Source: an uncultured Chloroflexia bacterium (GTDB lineage Bacteria; Chloroflexota; Limnocylindria; Limnocylindrales; CSP1-4). From it: 64,000 nucleotides of DNA. Of this stretch, positions 10,334 through 20,572 are shown piece after piece; positions within the stretch are counted from its first letter, which is position 1; each line of letters begins with the position of its first letter. The position numbers and the translations under genes are program-made. The notes beneath the pieces were generated by a model that ran no database searches, had not been told where the DNA came from, and saw nothing but the letters and a program-made list of their open reading frames with translations. Location: contig CAVYIM010000003.1 of the NCBI GenBank assembly GCA_963768655.1, forward strand, positions 576,001 through 640,000, in the 5' to 3' direction.

Positions 10334-10518
10334 AGCCCACTCGCCTCGGGCACGACGCGCACGGCTCAAGTCACGGCCGCGGTCCTCTGAGTCAGACGAA
10401 GTCCGCGCCGGGCAGGCCTCGAGGTGGATTACTCTCCGCCGACCGGTGCTAGCCTGGCTTCGGTCGAGCACGCGCGGGCTGGCGGCCGTGGACCGGAAGC
10501 GAAAGCCACGTGGGGAGA

Positions 10519-10983
10519 TGCATGGAACACACATACAAGGTCGGCAGCACAGAGCGGATCGGCAACCTGGTCGCGAAGGTGTTGGTGAGAGCGGGAGTCG
10601 GGCCGAAGCGCATGCGCCTCCTCACCATCCAGGGACGCAAGACCGGCAAGCCCCACACGATACCGCTAACTGTGGTCGAGACCGACGGGCAAAGATGGCT
10701 CGTGGCGCCCTATGGCGGCGTGGCCTGGGCCAAGAACGCCAGGGCGTCCGGCACCGCGAAACTGAGCCGGGGTCGAGTGACGGAGCAGGTGAAGGTCGAG
10801 CCGGTCGACGCCCATGAGAGCGCACCCGTGCTGAAGGCCTACATCGGCATAGAGCCGATCACAAGGTCCGCGTTCGAAGTCGGGCCGGACGCGAGCCTGG
10901 AGGAGTTCGAAGCCATCGCGCCGAACCATCCGGTCTTCCGAATCCTCCCGGTCCGGCCGGCCGACTCTGTCGCTTCGGAGTAG
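10519..10983 (+). CDS. deazaflavin (F420)-dependent nitroreductase family (DUF385-like)
   Basis: LLTIQGRKTGKPHTIPL, WLVAPYG..AWAKNARA, HPVFRI. Confidence 0.85.
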   Translation, partial: CMEHTYKVGSTERIGNLVAKVLVRAGVGPKRMRLLTIQGRKTGKPHTIPLTVVETDGQRWLVAPYGGVAWAKNARASGTAKLSRGRVTEQVKVEPVDAHESAPVLKAYIGIEPITRSAFEVGPDASLEEFEAIAPNHPVFRILPVRPADSVASE

Positions 10984-11058
10984 CGCCCCCGCTGCGCTGG
11001 TCGTCGACGATCCCGGCCCCCGCTGGGCCAGTTCGAGCAGCGGCGCCGGGGGCATATC

Positions 11059-11721
11059 ATGCAGGCCAACGGAAGGGGGCCATTGGTGGCAGACGCATCG
11101 GTGGGCGCATCCGATCTTCACGGGGCACCGACAAAGCCGGCGCGTCGCGGCCCGATCCCACGCGCCCGGCTGTTTCTAGGTGGCCTGGGCGCGATCGCGC
11201 TGGCGGTCGTGGTCGGGGGAAGCTGGTCGCTGTCGCACTCCAGCTCGCCGTCGGCGCAGGCCAGCCCGTCCTTCGCCGTGTACGCGGTCAATCCCGGCGC
11301 CAGATTGGCGGACATCGCCACGTGCTCCACGCCGGCTCAGACCTACGGCCAGACTCAAGCCGACTGGGGCGAGGACTACTTCATCGGGGTTTACCTCTAT
11401 GTAAACTTCACCGGCCAGCCCGACGCCCACGTCGCTGCCCTGCGGGCGCTCTTGCCGTCCAGTTGTGCGGTCTACGTCCGGATCGTCCCGATCTCGTCGG
11501 CCGCAGGCCGAGCGCTTCAAGAACGGATAGAAGGCGACATGGCGTCGCTCCAGGCCGCGGGGATACCCATCAACTCTGTCGGTTTCAACCCGATGAGCGA
11601 CAAGGTCGAAGTGGGCGTCTATCCGCTGACGCCACAGGCTCAAGCCGAGTTGGAGCGGCGATACCCAACGGGGATGCTGGACATCCACCAAGAGGCACCC
11701 GCCGTGCCGGTAGCGTCATAA
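11059..11721 (+). CDS. membrane-anchored hypothetical protein
   Basis: One TM helix, Ser/Pro linker, then a globular domain. Confidence 0.6.
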   Translation: MQANGRGPLVADASVGASDLHGAPTKPARRGPIPRARLFLGGLGAIALAVVVGGSWSLSHSSSPSAQASPSFAVYAVNPGARLADIATCSTPAQTYGQTQADWGEDYFIGVYLYVNFTGQPDAHVAALRALLPSSCAVYVRIVPISSAAGRALQERIEGDMASLQAAGIPINSVGFNPMSDKVEVGVYPLTPQAQAELERRYPTGMLDIHQEAPAVPVAS

Positions 11722-11767
11722 GGTAGTCCGTCGATGCGGCACTGGGCACGGATCTCGCGGAAAGGAG

Positions 11768-11815
11768 TGGTGGACCTCGCCCGACTGACGGCGAACCGCC
11801 CCGGGGGATCGATCC
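11768..11815 (+). repeat. att-like repeat, copy 2
   Basis: TGGTGGACCTCGCCCGACTGACGGCGAACCGCCCCGGGGGATCGATCC. Confidence 0.8.
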
Positions 11816-11891
11816 AGCGTTCCTTGGTACTGGTCCGGCCGTCTCGTCCTGCGGTCTGCAGTTCGTCCGCTCGCCCTGTGGCCGGGGCACC

Positions 11892-13244
11892 CTAGCCCGA
11901 GTGTTCCGAGGTCAGGACCGACAGCGGCACGCCGCGGATCCTCTCTTGCAGCGGGTCATCACGCCCGAACTCCTCACTCCAGACGAGCCAGTCGCCACGG
12001 ACGGAAACCTCGTAGCTCTCGCTGCCTTCAGTGTCGACCTGCACCGGCGACGACCAGCCCGGTTGCCAGATGGTCAGCACATCGTGCCAGGCCTGTCCCC
12101 AGGCCTCCTGCTCCCACCAGGCCACGGCGCCCGAGCCGCATGCCATGCCGTCTATCCCCTTGGTGCCGGTGTCGCTGTCTGCGGGGCTGATCGGCTGGGC
12201 ACCTGTGTAAGGAGCGGCTCCGGTGTAGAGGCGCGGAGCCTGGAAGAAGCCTCCGGTCTCCGCATCCGCAATGGGATCGACTACCCACGCAGCCAGATCG
12301 GCCGCTGCATTGATCTGGTAGGCGGCTGCACCGATCTGCCTGGACCCACCCGAAGGCGTCCAGTGCCAGAGATGCGTGTGGCTGACGGTCCCCATGGTCG
12401 CGTCGTAGGCACCCGCCGAGTAGAGCAGACCGTCACCCACCAGGGCCATGTCGAACGGGTCCTGCGACGTCTGGATCGTGGCCTGGACCTTGCCCGAGAG
12501 GTCTCTGATCTCGATCTGCCAGCCGCGCGCGAGAGACTCGAGCATTGCGATGCGGCTCCCGTCGAATCGGATCTCGGTGACCTCGGAGTGGCCCCCGAAC
12601 CTCGGTGTCAGGCCCTGGGTCACGATCTTGACCGCGCCAGTCGCGAGATCCATGGCCTTGACGGCCCACTCCTTTGTAGGCGCGTAAACGTCTGAACCCG
12701 CGTGAGCTACTTCGAGCCAAACCAGCTGGCCGCCGGCGAGCTGGGGGTCGACTATCGCCACGCGCAGCGAGGTGCTCTCCTTCGCCTGGTAGACGATCTT
12801 GACCGACTTGGTCGTGAGATCCCCGTACCAGAGATCACCATCGTTCTCGTAGTCCGCGCTGTTGAACGCGATCTTGGAGCCGTCATTGGTGAGGTACTTG
12901 ATCTGTGGGTGGGTGAAGGGTCCGATGTCCTGGCAGGCGTCCGAGCCGAGCGGAATGGAGATGTGCGCGAAGGCGTACTGGGGCTCGGGACGCGTGCCGT
13001 GGGAGTCCCCGCAAGCTGTTCCCGAAGACGGGCTGGCGGTCGCGGCCGGCTCGGTCGACGACGGGCTCGCAGCCTGCTCCGAAGGTGATCCGACCGCGGA
13101 AGCACTGCTTGGGCTGGGGCTTGGCGTGCTGGTCGTCGTCGTGGGACTGTTCGATCCACAGCCCGAGATCACGAGGGCGATGGCGAGGGCACGCGCCCCC
13201 GCCATCACAGCTGCCCTAGTACCAGAGCGGCGCCTGAATGCCAC
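11892..13244 (-). CDS. lipoprotein with probable beta-propeller
   Basis: Lipobox ISGC, Ser/Pro/Thr linker, repeated beta-strand blades. Confidence 0.7.
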   Translation of the reverse strand: MAFRRRSGTRAAVMAGARALAIALVISGCGSNSPTTTTSTPSPSPSSASAVGSPSEQAASPSSTEPAATASPSSGTACGDSHGTRPEPQYAFAHISIPLGSDACQDIGPFTHPQIKYLTNDGSKIAFNSADYENDGDLWYGDLTTKSVKIVYQAKESTSLRVAIVDPQLAGGQLVWLEVAHAGSDVYAPTKEWAVKAMDLATGAVKIVTQGLTPRFGGHSEVTEIRFDGSRIAMLESLARGWQIEIRDLSGKVQATIQTSQDPFDMALVGDGLLYSAGAYDATMGTVSHTHLWHWTPSGGSRQIGAAAYQINAAADLAAWVVDPIADAETGGFFQAPRLYTGAAPYTGAQPISPADSDTGTKGIDGMACGSGAVAWWEQEAWGQAWHDVLTIWQPGWSSPVQVDTEGSESYEVSVRGDWLVWSEEFGRDDPLQERIRGVPLSVLTSEHSG

Positions 13245-14169
13245 TGCCAGTCGCCTCTTTGTCCATGGCCTGGTAGTAGTTGGCCTGGGGCATCACCCAG
13301 TAGCAGCCCCACGTCCCTGATCCGTACGCGGTGCTAATGCACGCGGCATTGCTGCTGCTGGTCCGCTTCGACCAAGGATCGTAGCTCGTGACCGTGCCCG
13401 CGTTGTCGTCATAGCCCGTCGCCTCAGTGGCATGCAACCCGCCAGACGTGAAGTTGCCGTAACCGCCGTTGGCCAGGCTGACCCTCACGTAGTTGGCTTC
13501 CAGGTAGCCCCAGAGGTCCTCCCGCACGAAGCTCATGAACGTCGCGGTCGATGTCGGCTTCACAGGATAGTAATAGAAGGTGTACCCGTGATTCGAGAAC
13601 TGGGCATTGATCCAGGGGAGCGCGTGGATGTCGTTCACACCGCTCGCGGTCCCTTGAAGAGCGGCGAAGATCGCGTCTTGGCCCTTCCTGACAGTCCCTT
13701 TTCCCATCGTCTCATATGACGTGCCCAGGTCGAACACCGCGAACGACTGTACGGCAGCCACAACGCAGTAGATCGTTGTCTGCTCGTGCATGCCCGGGAA
13801 GAAGCTTGTGATGTCAAAACTGCAAGGGAACCCGTCAACGCAAGTGGCGTACATCGGCTGCACTGCACCTGTGCTCAGGGCCGCCCCAACACCAGTCTTG
13901 ATGCCTCGGCTCACGGGCTGGGCCGTGATGGTACCAGCGTCGATCTCAGCTGTAATGGCGTCCTTCAGCTGCTTGTAGGCGGCGGGAACACCGTCGTCTA
14001 CGGCCGGCCCCCCGGACCCGATCGGAATGGCAATTCCGGTGCCGGTACCGGTGTAGGCGGGCGCAACCGCGTTCGGATTCGCCGCGTAGGCGACGGAAGA
14101 CGACGCGCAACCCAATGCCAGAGCAGCCAACACTGCTGCTAGCGCGCGTCGGCCCACGAGACATACCAT
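13216..14169 (-). CDS. secreted C39-like (papain-fold) cysteine peptidase
   Basis: Signal peptide; QTTIYCVVAA ... LHATEATGYD ... YDPW matches the Q/C/H/D pattern. Confidence 0.6.
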   Translation of the reverse strand: MVCLVGRRALAAVLAALALGCASSSVAYAANPNAVAPAYTGTGTGIAIPIGSGGPAVDDGVPAAYKQLKDAITAEIDAGTITAQPVSRGIKTGVGAALSTGAVQPMYATCVDGFPCSFDITSFFPGMHEQTTIYCVVAAVQSFAVFDLGTSYETMGKGTVRKGQDAIFAALQGTASGVNDIHALPWINAQFSNHGYTFYYYPVKPTSTATFMSFVREDLWGYLEANYVRVSLANGGYGNFTSGGLHATEATGYDDNAGTVTSYDPWSKRTSSSNAACISTAYGSGTWGCYWVMPQANYYQAMDKEATGSGIQAPLWY

Positions 14170-14269
14170 GGAACCCCCACTCGGACAGCCCCGGGTCCCT
14201 CGCCCGGGCTCGATGTCTGTCCACTAGGACACTACATGCTAGGCATCACCCAGTCAACACGAACGTTGC

Positions 14270-14304
14270 TGGTGGACCTCGCGCGACTGACGGCGAACCG
14301 CCCG
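14270..14304 (+). repeat. att-like repeat, copy 3
   Basis: TGGTGGACCTCGCGCGACTGACGGCGAACCGCCCG. Confidence 0.8.
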
Positions 14305-14588
14305 TGCGGAAAGATCCGATGCTCGCTAGCGATGGCCCGGAAGTCCGGCCGGGTGGGTCGTGGCCGGCTTGAGGCCGACTGCCCGGCGTGAAGTCGCGTC
14401 GGGACTTCGTAGTTCATAGCCGATCGTTGTGATACGCCGCTGTGCCTACATTGGGGCGAACAGTCCCGGCCGGCTACTCGCCATCAGAACACGGATAGGT
14501 AGCGGCTCCTGAGCGGCAAGGCAGAGGACCACCCTGAAGTAAGGTGCAACGGCGGCCCGGGGTCAGGCGTTAGACCTGATAGAAGGGA

Positions 14589-15086
14589 GTGGCGGTGGAA
14601 TCGGTCGCGGACGCGAGCCGAAGCGAAGCAGAGGGTTTCGACGCGGCCGTCCGCCGGCACGAGAGCTGGCTGATCGGGCGGCTCGCGCTCGTCGTCGGCG
14701 ACCGCGAGGAGGCCCGCGATCTCGCTCAGCAGACGTTCCTCAGAGCCGCCGAGCGCTGGCCCATCGGCACGGACGGCGAGGTCGCGCGCTGGCTCTCTGT
14801 GGTAGGCGTGCGGCTCGCGATCGACGAGCGCAGGCGGCGCCGGCGCTGGGGCTTCCTGCCTATCGAAGAGGCGGATTCGACCTGGGCTCTTGCCGCCGAC
14901 CCCGACGTGTGGCGGGCCCTATCGCGGCTCGACCGTCGTACCCGAGCGGCGCTGGTGCTCACGGTGATCGAGGGCTACTCGCAGGATGAAGTCGCGGAGG
15001 CTCTCGGCGTACCCCGCGGGACGCTGGCCAGCTGGCTGTCTCGGGCGCGGAGTCGCCTTCGCGCGGCACTAGAGGAGCGTGAGTAG
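14589..15086 (+). CDS. ECF RNA polymerase sigma factor
   Basis: EARDLAQQTFLRA, EGYSQDEVAEALGVPRGTLASWLSRAR. Confidence 0.9.
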   Translation: MAVESVADASRSEAEGFDAAVRRHESWLIGRLALVVGDREEARDLAQQTFLRAAERWPIGTDGEVARWLSVVGVRLAIDERRRRRRWGFLPIEEADSTWALAADPDVWRALSRLDRRTRAALVLTVIEGYSQDEVAEALGVPRGTLASWLSRARSRLRAALEERE

Positions 15087-15088
15087 CG

Positions 15089-15727
15089 ATGGACGATCTC
15101 GACGCTCGGATCCGGACCCGCCTCGTCGCCCTGGCGGACGCAGCCACGCGAGAACCGGTCACTCCCGCGGCCGCGACTCTCGGGCAGCGTCCTCGGGTGC
15201 GGAGTGCCGCGCCTGTCGGAGTGCTGGCTCTCGGTGCGGTCCTTCTTGCTGCGGTCGTGATCGGAGTCCGCCTGGGCCGGCAGCCCGGCGTCGCGCCCTC
15301 TCCGGCCGCTCAGTCACCGTCTGCGATCGTGGCGAGCCCCTCTACGAGCCTCGCTTCGGTCGTGCCGACGGTCACCCCATCGCCCTCGCCCACCATTGCT
15401 TCGGCCGCACCCACCGTGACCCCGTCGCCGCTGCCGTCGGGCGGGATCTCCGAGGAGCGCGCCATCGAGCTTGCCAGGCAGCAGGGCTTCTATACCTTCG
15501 TCAGCGCCGTCGCTGGTACGTTCGAACAGAACAACATAGGGATCGGGCCGGGCGCAGGGATCGCGCAGGATCGAATGGTCTGGGCCGTCACACTTTCGGG
15601 CACTGCCGCTCCCTGCCCGCCCAACGGAGCGACGTGTGGGCCGCCCAGGGCCGGCACTGTGATTTACTACTTCGACTACTACACGGGCGCCTTCCTAGCC
15701 AGCTACGGCTCATTCCCTGCGCCATAG
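15089..15727 (+). CDS. putative anti-sigma membrane protein
   Basis: MDDLDARIRTRL N-terminus, one TM, Ser/Pro linker; directly after the ECF gene. Confidence 0.7.
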   Translation: MDDLDARIRTRLVALADAATREPVTPAAATLGQRPRVRSAAPVGVLALGAVLLAAVVIGVRLGRQPGVAPSPAAQSPSAIVASPSTSLASVVPTVTPSPSPTIASAAPTVTPSPLPSGGISEERAIELARQQGFYTFVSAVAGTFEQNNIGIGPGAGIAQDRMVWAVTLSGTAAPCPPNGATCGPPRAGTVIYYFDYYTGAFLASYGSFPAP

Positions 15728-15752
15728 GCTCAGCGCGTTCCGCTGCGCCGGA

Positions 15753-15774
15753 GCCCGACTGACGGCGAACCGCC
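15753..15774 (+). repeat. att-like repeat, copy 4 (distal part only)
   Basis: GCCCGACTGACGGCGAACCGCC, identical to part of copy 2. Confidence 0.7.
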
Positions 15775-16133
15775 TGGGTGGGATGGTGCGGTGCTCGCTG
15801 GCAATGCCGAGCGACTGGCGTCGGAGCGGGGCGTCGCATTTGGCGACGGTATCGAGGCCGATCGCCTGGCCTTTGGCTGGGCCGCCTCGAAGTGCGAGTG
15901 GCCTCAGATAAGCGGCGGCGCCTGGCCAAGCATCGCCGTGAGCTCCAACGTTGGGGACGTGCCCGACTCTCCGGCGACCAGCGCCGAGCACAGGTGTTGC
16001 GGCCCTGGACGCTGCGCGGCGTGGTGCGCCGGGGCCGAAGACGCGAGCCGTGAGGCGGTTCCGCGAGGCTTGGAGGCTCGGTACGTCACAATTGTCGATG
16101 GGGCGAATCTCGCGCGATCTCGGAGGAGACAAG

Positions 16134-16901
16134 GTGGGCGATCGGCTGACATTCCTCGGCCATTCGACCGTCCTGGTCGACCTCGATGGCGCCCGAGTGT
16201 TGACGGATCCGCTGCTGGGCCACCTGGCGATAGCCATCCGGCGCCAGGTGCCTGCCGTGCCTCCTGACACCCTCCGTGACCTTTCGGCGGTCTTCATCAG
16301 CCACGGTCACCTGGATCATCTGGATCTCGAATCCCTTCGGGCTCTTCCGGGCCAACCGGCGCTCATCGTCCCGGTCGGCCTGGGGCGCGTCGTGGCAAAG
16401 GTCGCGCGCGGCGCGGTCCGCGAGGTGCGGGCCGGCGACCGGCTGCAGGTCGGCGATCTGACGCTGGAGGCCGTCCACGCAGAGCACAGCCGCCGCCGCT
16501 CGCTCTTCACGGCCGCCGAGGGTCCTCTGGGCATCCTCATCGTCGGGTCGACGCGCGTCTACTTCGCCGGCGACACCGGCCTCTTCCCGGGAATGCGGCA
16601 GCTGGCCGGGCGGGTCGACGTGGCGCTCCTGCCGGTGAGCGGTTGGGGTCCCACGCTCGGGCGCGGCCATCTGGACCCGCAGACGGCGGCCGAGGCGGCC
16701 GTACGGATCGGCCCCGCGATCGCCACTCCCATCCACTGGGGCACGCTTTATCCACTCGGCCTCCGGCGCCTTGCGAGCCGCCAGTTCGAGGGACCGGGCG
16801 AGGCTTTCCGCCAGGCGGTCGCCGCGCGCGACGCTCGAATTGACGTGCGCGTTCTGCAGCCGGGGCAATCGATGGCCCTCGACGGGAGGGCCGGGCGATG
16901 A
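16134..16901 (+). CDS. MBL-fold metallo-hydrolase
   Basis: FLGHST, LTDP, ISHGHLDHLD, YFAGDT, PIHWGT. Confidence 0.9.
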   Translation: MGDRLTFLGHSTVLVDLDGARVLTDPLLGHLAIAIRRQVPAVPPDTLRDLSAVFISHGHLDHLDLESLRALPGQPALIVPVGLGRVVAKVARGAVREVRAGDRLQVGDLTLEAVHAEHSRRRSLFTAAEGPLGILIVGSTRVYFAGDTGLFPGMRQLAGRVDVALLPVSGWGPTLGRGHLDPQTAAEAAVRIGPAIATPIHWGTLYPLGLRRLASRQFEGPGEAFRQAVAARDARIDVRVLQPGQSMALDGRAGR

Positions 16902-18985
16902 CGCCCGAGATCGGCAAGGGGTCCGCGCCCCTGGCCCGCCGCGCGTTCGACTTCTATCGCCTCCAGGCTCGCCTGATGTGGGAGTGGCGGCCGAGCCGCC
17001 TGGCGATCCTGCGCCGCGCGGTCCTGTCGTTCGTGGGGGCCTGTCTGGTGCTGGCCATCACGGACGCCGTGCTCCCGGGGTTGAGCATCGACAGCCCCGG
17101 CCCGCTGCTGCTTGCCGGGCTCCTGCTGGCGGCCCTCGACAGCTGTTCCGACATGGTCCTCCACTGGCTGCTCGTAGCCTGGCCCATCTTCGTCGCCCAG
17201 ACCGTGGGCCTGGCCGTCCAGTTCGTGGCCATCATCATCATCGGGCAGGTGCTGCCGGGAGTACGGGTGGACGGCATGGGGACTGCAGTCTGGGGAGCTG
17301 TGCTGCTGACGTTGCTCAACAGCCTGTTCGCCGACATCGTCTCGGTCAGTGACGACAATTCCTGCTACAGCGTTCTTGTCCGGCGGTTGGTGGCACGAGA
17401 CTTCGGACGCGCCAAGGATCGGACCCCGGGCCTGCTGGTCGTCCAGATCGACGGACTGAGCTTGCCCGTCCTGCAGCAGGCGATTCGGGCTGGCCGGGTG
17501 CCCATCCTCGGTCGGTTGCTGCGCGACGGCGAGGCCACCCTCCACCCGTGGATCGCTTTGCTCCCGCCCACGACGCCGGCCAGTCAGGCCGGCATCCTGC
17601 ACGGCCGCAACGACGGCATCCCCGGCTTCCGCTGGTACGAAAAGGCGAGCAATCGGTTGATGGTGGCCAACCATCCGGACGATGCGGCCGAGATCGTCCG
17701 TCGCATCAGCGATGGCACGGGCCTGCTGGTCGACGACGGGGCCAGCGTCGGCAATCTCGTGACCGGCGACGCGCCGCGCAGCTACCTGACCATGGCCACG
17801 ATCGCGGAGGGCGCGTCGACCGACGACGAACGGCGCCTGCGCGGCTTGTTCGTTACCACCGTCGACTACATCCGCCTGGCGGTGCTGATGGTCGGCGAGA
17901 TGGCCAAGGAGCTGTACCAGGCGGAGCGCCAGCGTGCCCGATCGGTCGAGCCCCGCATGCACCGCGATCTGCACTTCGCCCTCGAAAGAGCCGTCACCAA
18001 TGTCGCGCTGCGGACGGTATCGACCGCCCTCGTCATCGAGGAGATGCACAGCTCGGCGCCGACCATCTATGTCGACTACACGGGCTACGATGCTATCTCG
18101 CACCACTGCGGCCCTGAGCGCGAGGAGGCGATCGACGCGCTCAGAGGCATCGATCGGGCCATCGGGTCCCTGATGAAGGCCGCTCGCCACGCCAGGCGGG
18201 CGTATCGGCTGGTCGTGCTGTCCGACCACGGCCAGTGCCTGGGCGCAACCTTCAGCCAGCGCCACGGCGAGCCGCTCGAGGCCGCGATAGCGGCGCTCCT
18301 TCCTCGCACGATGACCGTTTTCGGCACCACCGCCGCGGTCGAATCGGCCGGCATCGGCCGGCGCATCGCGGCCGAATTCAGCCGCGGCTCCAGCCTTGCA
18401 CCGTTGGTCGCTCGCCGGCTGCGCCGCGCGCTCGGCCGCCCCGAGGCTGCTTCCGGGGCGCCGGGGGACGTCATCGTGTGCTCCTCCGGCAGCCTGGCTC
18501 ACGTCTACTTCACGGGCGAGCCCTATCGCTTGAGCTGCGAGACGATCGAGGCGCGCTACCCAGGCCTGATCGAAGGGCTAGCGAATCATCCTGACATAGG
18601 AGCGCTGCTGGTCAGGTCCGACGCCGGTCATATGCTGGTGCGGGGGCCGCGCGGCCCGCTCGACGTGACCGCAGGCCAGCCCGAGGGCAGCGACCCCCTG
18701 CCCGACTACGGTCCGCGGGCCGCCGAAGACCTGCGGCACCTCGGGGGCTTTCCGAACGCCGGCGACCTGATACTGCTGGGCGCCGTCGACCGCGAGTCAG
18801 GCGAGGTCACCGCATTCGAGGAGCTCATCGGCTCGCATGGCGGCCTAGGCGGCTGGCAGGGCGAGCCATTCATCCTGTGCCCGGCAACCCTGAACCTGGC
18901 CGAGGATGCACTGCTGGGGGCGCCGGCCGTGTATCGCCAGTTGGTGGCGTGGCGGGCGCAATTGCAGGGCGAGCAGGGGGGCTGA
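16898..18985 (+). CDS. phage-holin-like (YvlD) membrane domain fused to an alkaline phosphatase-superfamily domain
   Basis: 4 TMs, then QIDGL, GYDAISHH, LSDHGQ, ELIGSHGGLGGWQ. Confidence 0.82.
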   Translation: MTPEIGKGSAPLARRAFDFYRLQARLMWEWRPSRLAILRRAVLSFVGACLVLAITDAVLPGLSIDSPGPLLLAGLLLAALDSCSDMVLHWLLVAWPIFVAQTVGLAVQFVAIIIIGQVLPGVRVDGMGTAVWGAVLLTLLNSLFADIVSVSDDNSCYSVLVRRLVARDFGRAKDRTPGLLVVQIDGLSLPVLQQAIRAGRVPILGRLLRDGEATLHPWIALLPPTTPASQAGILHGRNDGIPGFRWYEKASNRLMVANHPDDAAEIVRRISDGTGLLVDDGASVGNLVTGDAPRSYLTMATIAEGASTDDERRLRGLFVTTVDYIRLAVLMVGEMAKELYQAERQRARSVEPRMHRDLHFALERAVTNVALRTVSTALVIEEMHSSAPTIYVDYTGYDAISHHCGPEREEAIDALRGIDRAIGSLMKAARHARRAYRLVVLSDHGQCLGATFSQRHGEPLEAAIAALLPRTMTVFGTTAAVESAGIGRRIAAEFSRGSSLAPLVARRLRRALGRPEAASGAPGDVIVCSSGSLAHVYFTGEPYRLSCETIEARYPGLIEGLANHPDIGALLVRSDAGHMLVRGPRGPLDVTAGQPEGSDPLPDYGPRAAEDLRHLGGFPNAGDLILLGAVDRESGEVTAFEELIGSHGGLGGWQGEPFILCPATLNLAEDALLGAPAVYRQLVAWRAQLQGEQGG

Positions 18986-19054
18986 CGCCGCGTCCGACCG
19001 GACCGCGTCGCGAACAGTCCGGCCACCAGAACGGAGGGTCGCCGGGACTCAGGT

Positions 19055-19585
19055 CTAGGCGCCGCCGCTCGGTGCCCCTCGGTAACCGTCTTCGAGGTCG
19101 TTCTTGGCGTTCAGCATCGCCTTCTTGAAGTCGATCACGTGGGAAAGCATGTGGTAGCGGTCTATGGCGTCGTCGTTCGCGGTCAGGATCTCGAGGTCTC
19201 CGTAGCGCAGCATCCGCGCGAGCAGGCCCTGCTTGAGGACCGCGTCGTTGATCTTGTCGAGCGAGCTGTCGCCGCTCTTCTTGTCCAGCAGGCCTTGGAC
19301 CTTGAGCACCCGACGACCGGTGACGATGTACTCCTCTGCGCGCCAGGTGAGGTAGACAATCGCGATCCAGACGATGCCGATGATGAGGAGCAATGCGCTA
19401 ATGCCGGCCATGATCTGCCAGCCGGTGCCGGTGGCCTTCCAGAGCGTGGCCAGGAAGAAGATCACCAGCCCCAGGAGCACGATCACGATGGGCCGCAACG
19501 AGTGGGACAGGGGCGCCAGCCAGTGCTGTCTGCCCCGATAGAGGACCTTTTCGTCCTTCGCCATCAACGAGTCCGCGTAGCTCAT
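19055..19585 (-). CDS. bacterial PH-domain membrane protein
   Basis: RQHW, 2 TMs, YIVTGRRV...LDKIND...RMLRYGDLEI; RBS AAGGAG. Confidence 0.85.
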   Translation of the reverse strand: MSYADSLMAKDEKVLYRGRQHWLAPLSHSLRPIVIVLLGLVIFFLATLWKATGTGWQIMAGISALLLIIGIVWIAIVYLTWRAEEYIVTGRRVLKVQGLLDKKSGDSSLDKINDAVLKQGLLARMLRYGDLEILTANDDAIDRYHMLSHVIDFKKAMLNAKNDLEDGYRGAPSGGA

Positions 19586-19756
19586 CCTCGTCTCCTTCAT
19601 GGCCCGTCCACCGCCGGGCGAGTGCGCTCTCAAGCCCGTGGGTGGGGCGGGCGCAGACATCTTCGATCAGGCCCGCTCGACCCGCACATCGTGATCGTAT
19701 GTCTGACCGTGCAGGCCCGCGGGCGCGAGGGTTTCGACCGTCGGGATGCCCGACCC

Positions 19757-19828
19757 TCAGCGACGACTGACACGCAACCCGCCGAACAGGAAGAGCACGA
19801 TGAGGATGACGACCAGGAGTTCCAACAC
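19757..19828 (-). CDS. 23-aa membrane peptide MLELLVVILIVLFLFGGLRVSRR (DUF3309-like)
   Basis: RBS AGAAGG, GTG start, hydrophobic helix with basic tail; not in ORF track. Confidence 0.7.
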   Translation of the reverse strand: MLELLVVILIVLFLFGGLRVSRR

Positions 19829-19874
19829 AGGACACCTTCTTTCATGATCAGCCTGCTCGTCTTCACCCGCGGGT

Positions 19875-19892
19875 GCGAGGATGAAAACCCCC
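19875..19892 (-). promoter_or_regulatory. conserved promoter motif, copy A
   Basis: GGGGGTTTTCATCCTCGC-N19-CAGGCT. Confidence 0.65.
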
Positions 19893-20024
19893 GCCGTAAC
19901 CCACCTGGCGTTCTCTGGGCGGCTGGCAGAGCGAGCCGTCCATCCTCCCGGCGACCTGAGGCTGGCCGAGGATCCGCCGATAGTCGTAGCTCGACTCCCG
20001 GGTGCATCGATTCCAGCCGGGCCT

Positions 20025-20042
20025 GCGGGTCTTCATCCTCAC
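20025..20042 (+). promoter_or_regulatory. conserved promoter motif, copy B
   Basis: GCGGGTCTTCATCCTCAC-N20-AAGACT. Confidence 0.6.
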
Positions 20043-20136
20043 AATCGATCGTCAGGCAGGGTAAGACTCGAAGCGGACCTCCTTAGACTCCGCCCGTTCC
20101 GGGCGAGCAGGCCAGGTCCCGATCGAGGAGACTCCC

Positions 20137-20304
20137 TTGGCTCGCAACAAGATGTTCAGCAACCCCAAGTCGGTGTTGGTCATCGTGGCCTGTATCTGCT
20201 TCGCGATCGCCGTGCTCACGACGGCTGGGATCCTCTCGATCGGCAGCAAGATCGACTGGACCAACCTGGGCCTGTTCTTCGGCTTCCTCTCCTTCATCGT
20301 CTGA
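20137..20304 (+). CDS. small 2-TM membrane protein
   Basis: RBS GAGGAG, TTG (or ATG 20152) start; ...VLVIVACICFAIAVLT...DWTNLGLFFGFLSFIV. Confidence 0.7.
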   Translation: MARNKMFSNPKSVLVIVACICFAIAVLTTAGILSIGSKIDWTNLGLFFGFLSFIV

Positions 20305-20572
20305 CGCGTCGGGCGCGCCCGCCAAACTGGAGCGCCCGGTTCACGGTCGTGGAACGCCACCTGGGCGGTTAGCCCTGCTGGCTACCCCGACGAGCCCCCA
20401 CGAGACGCGCGGCTCGAGCATCCTGCGCCCCGCTGCGCCGTACGGGACCTCGGCGCTGTGCACAGCCTGACGGACCACGTTGGCATGAAAGAGCAGGACC
20501 GGCCCCTCGTCCGGGGACCGATCCTGCTGGATGAGATCAGAGCGAGGCAAGAGCCCCGCGAGCGTTCTCGGC

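Noticed and set aside
9171-15774. Repeats interpreted as a CRISPR array or classical integron attC sites
   Set aside because: Spacing is in kilobases, there are no cas or intI genes in the window, and there is no RYYYAAC/GTTRRRY hairpin architecture.
16898-18985. Prophage signal from the holin-family domain
   Set aside because: This is a common chromosomal membrane-phosphodiesterase fusion, and there are no phage genes nearby.
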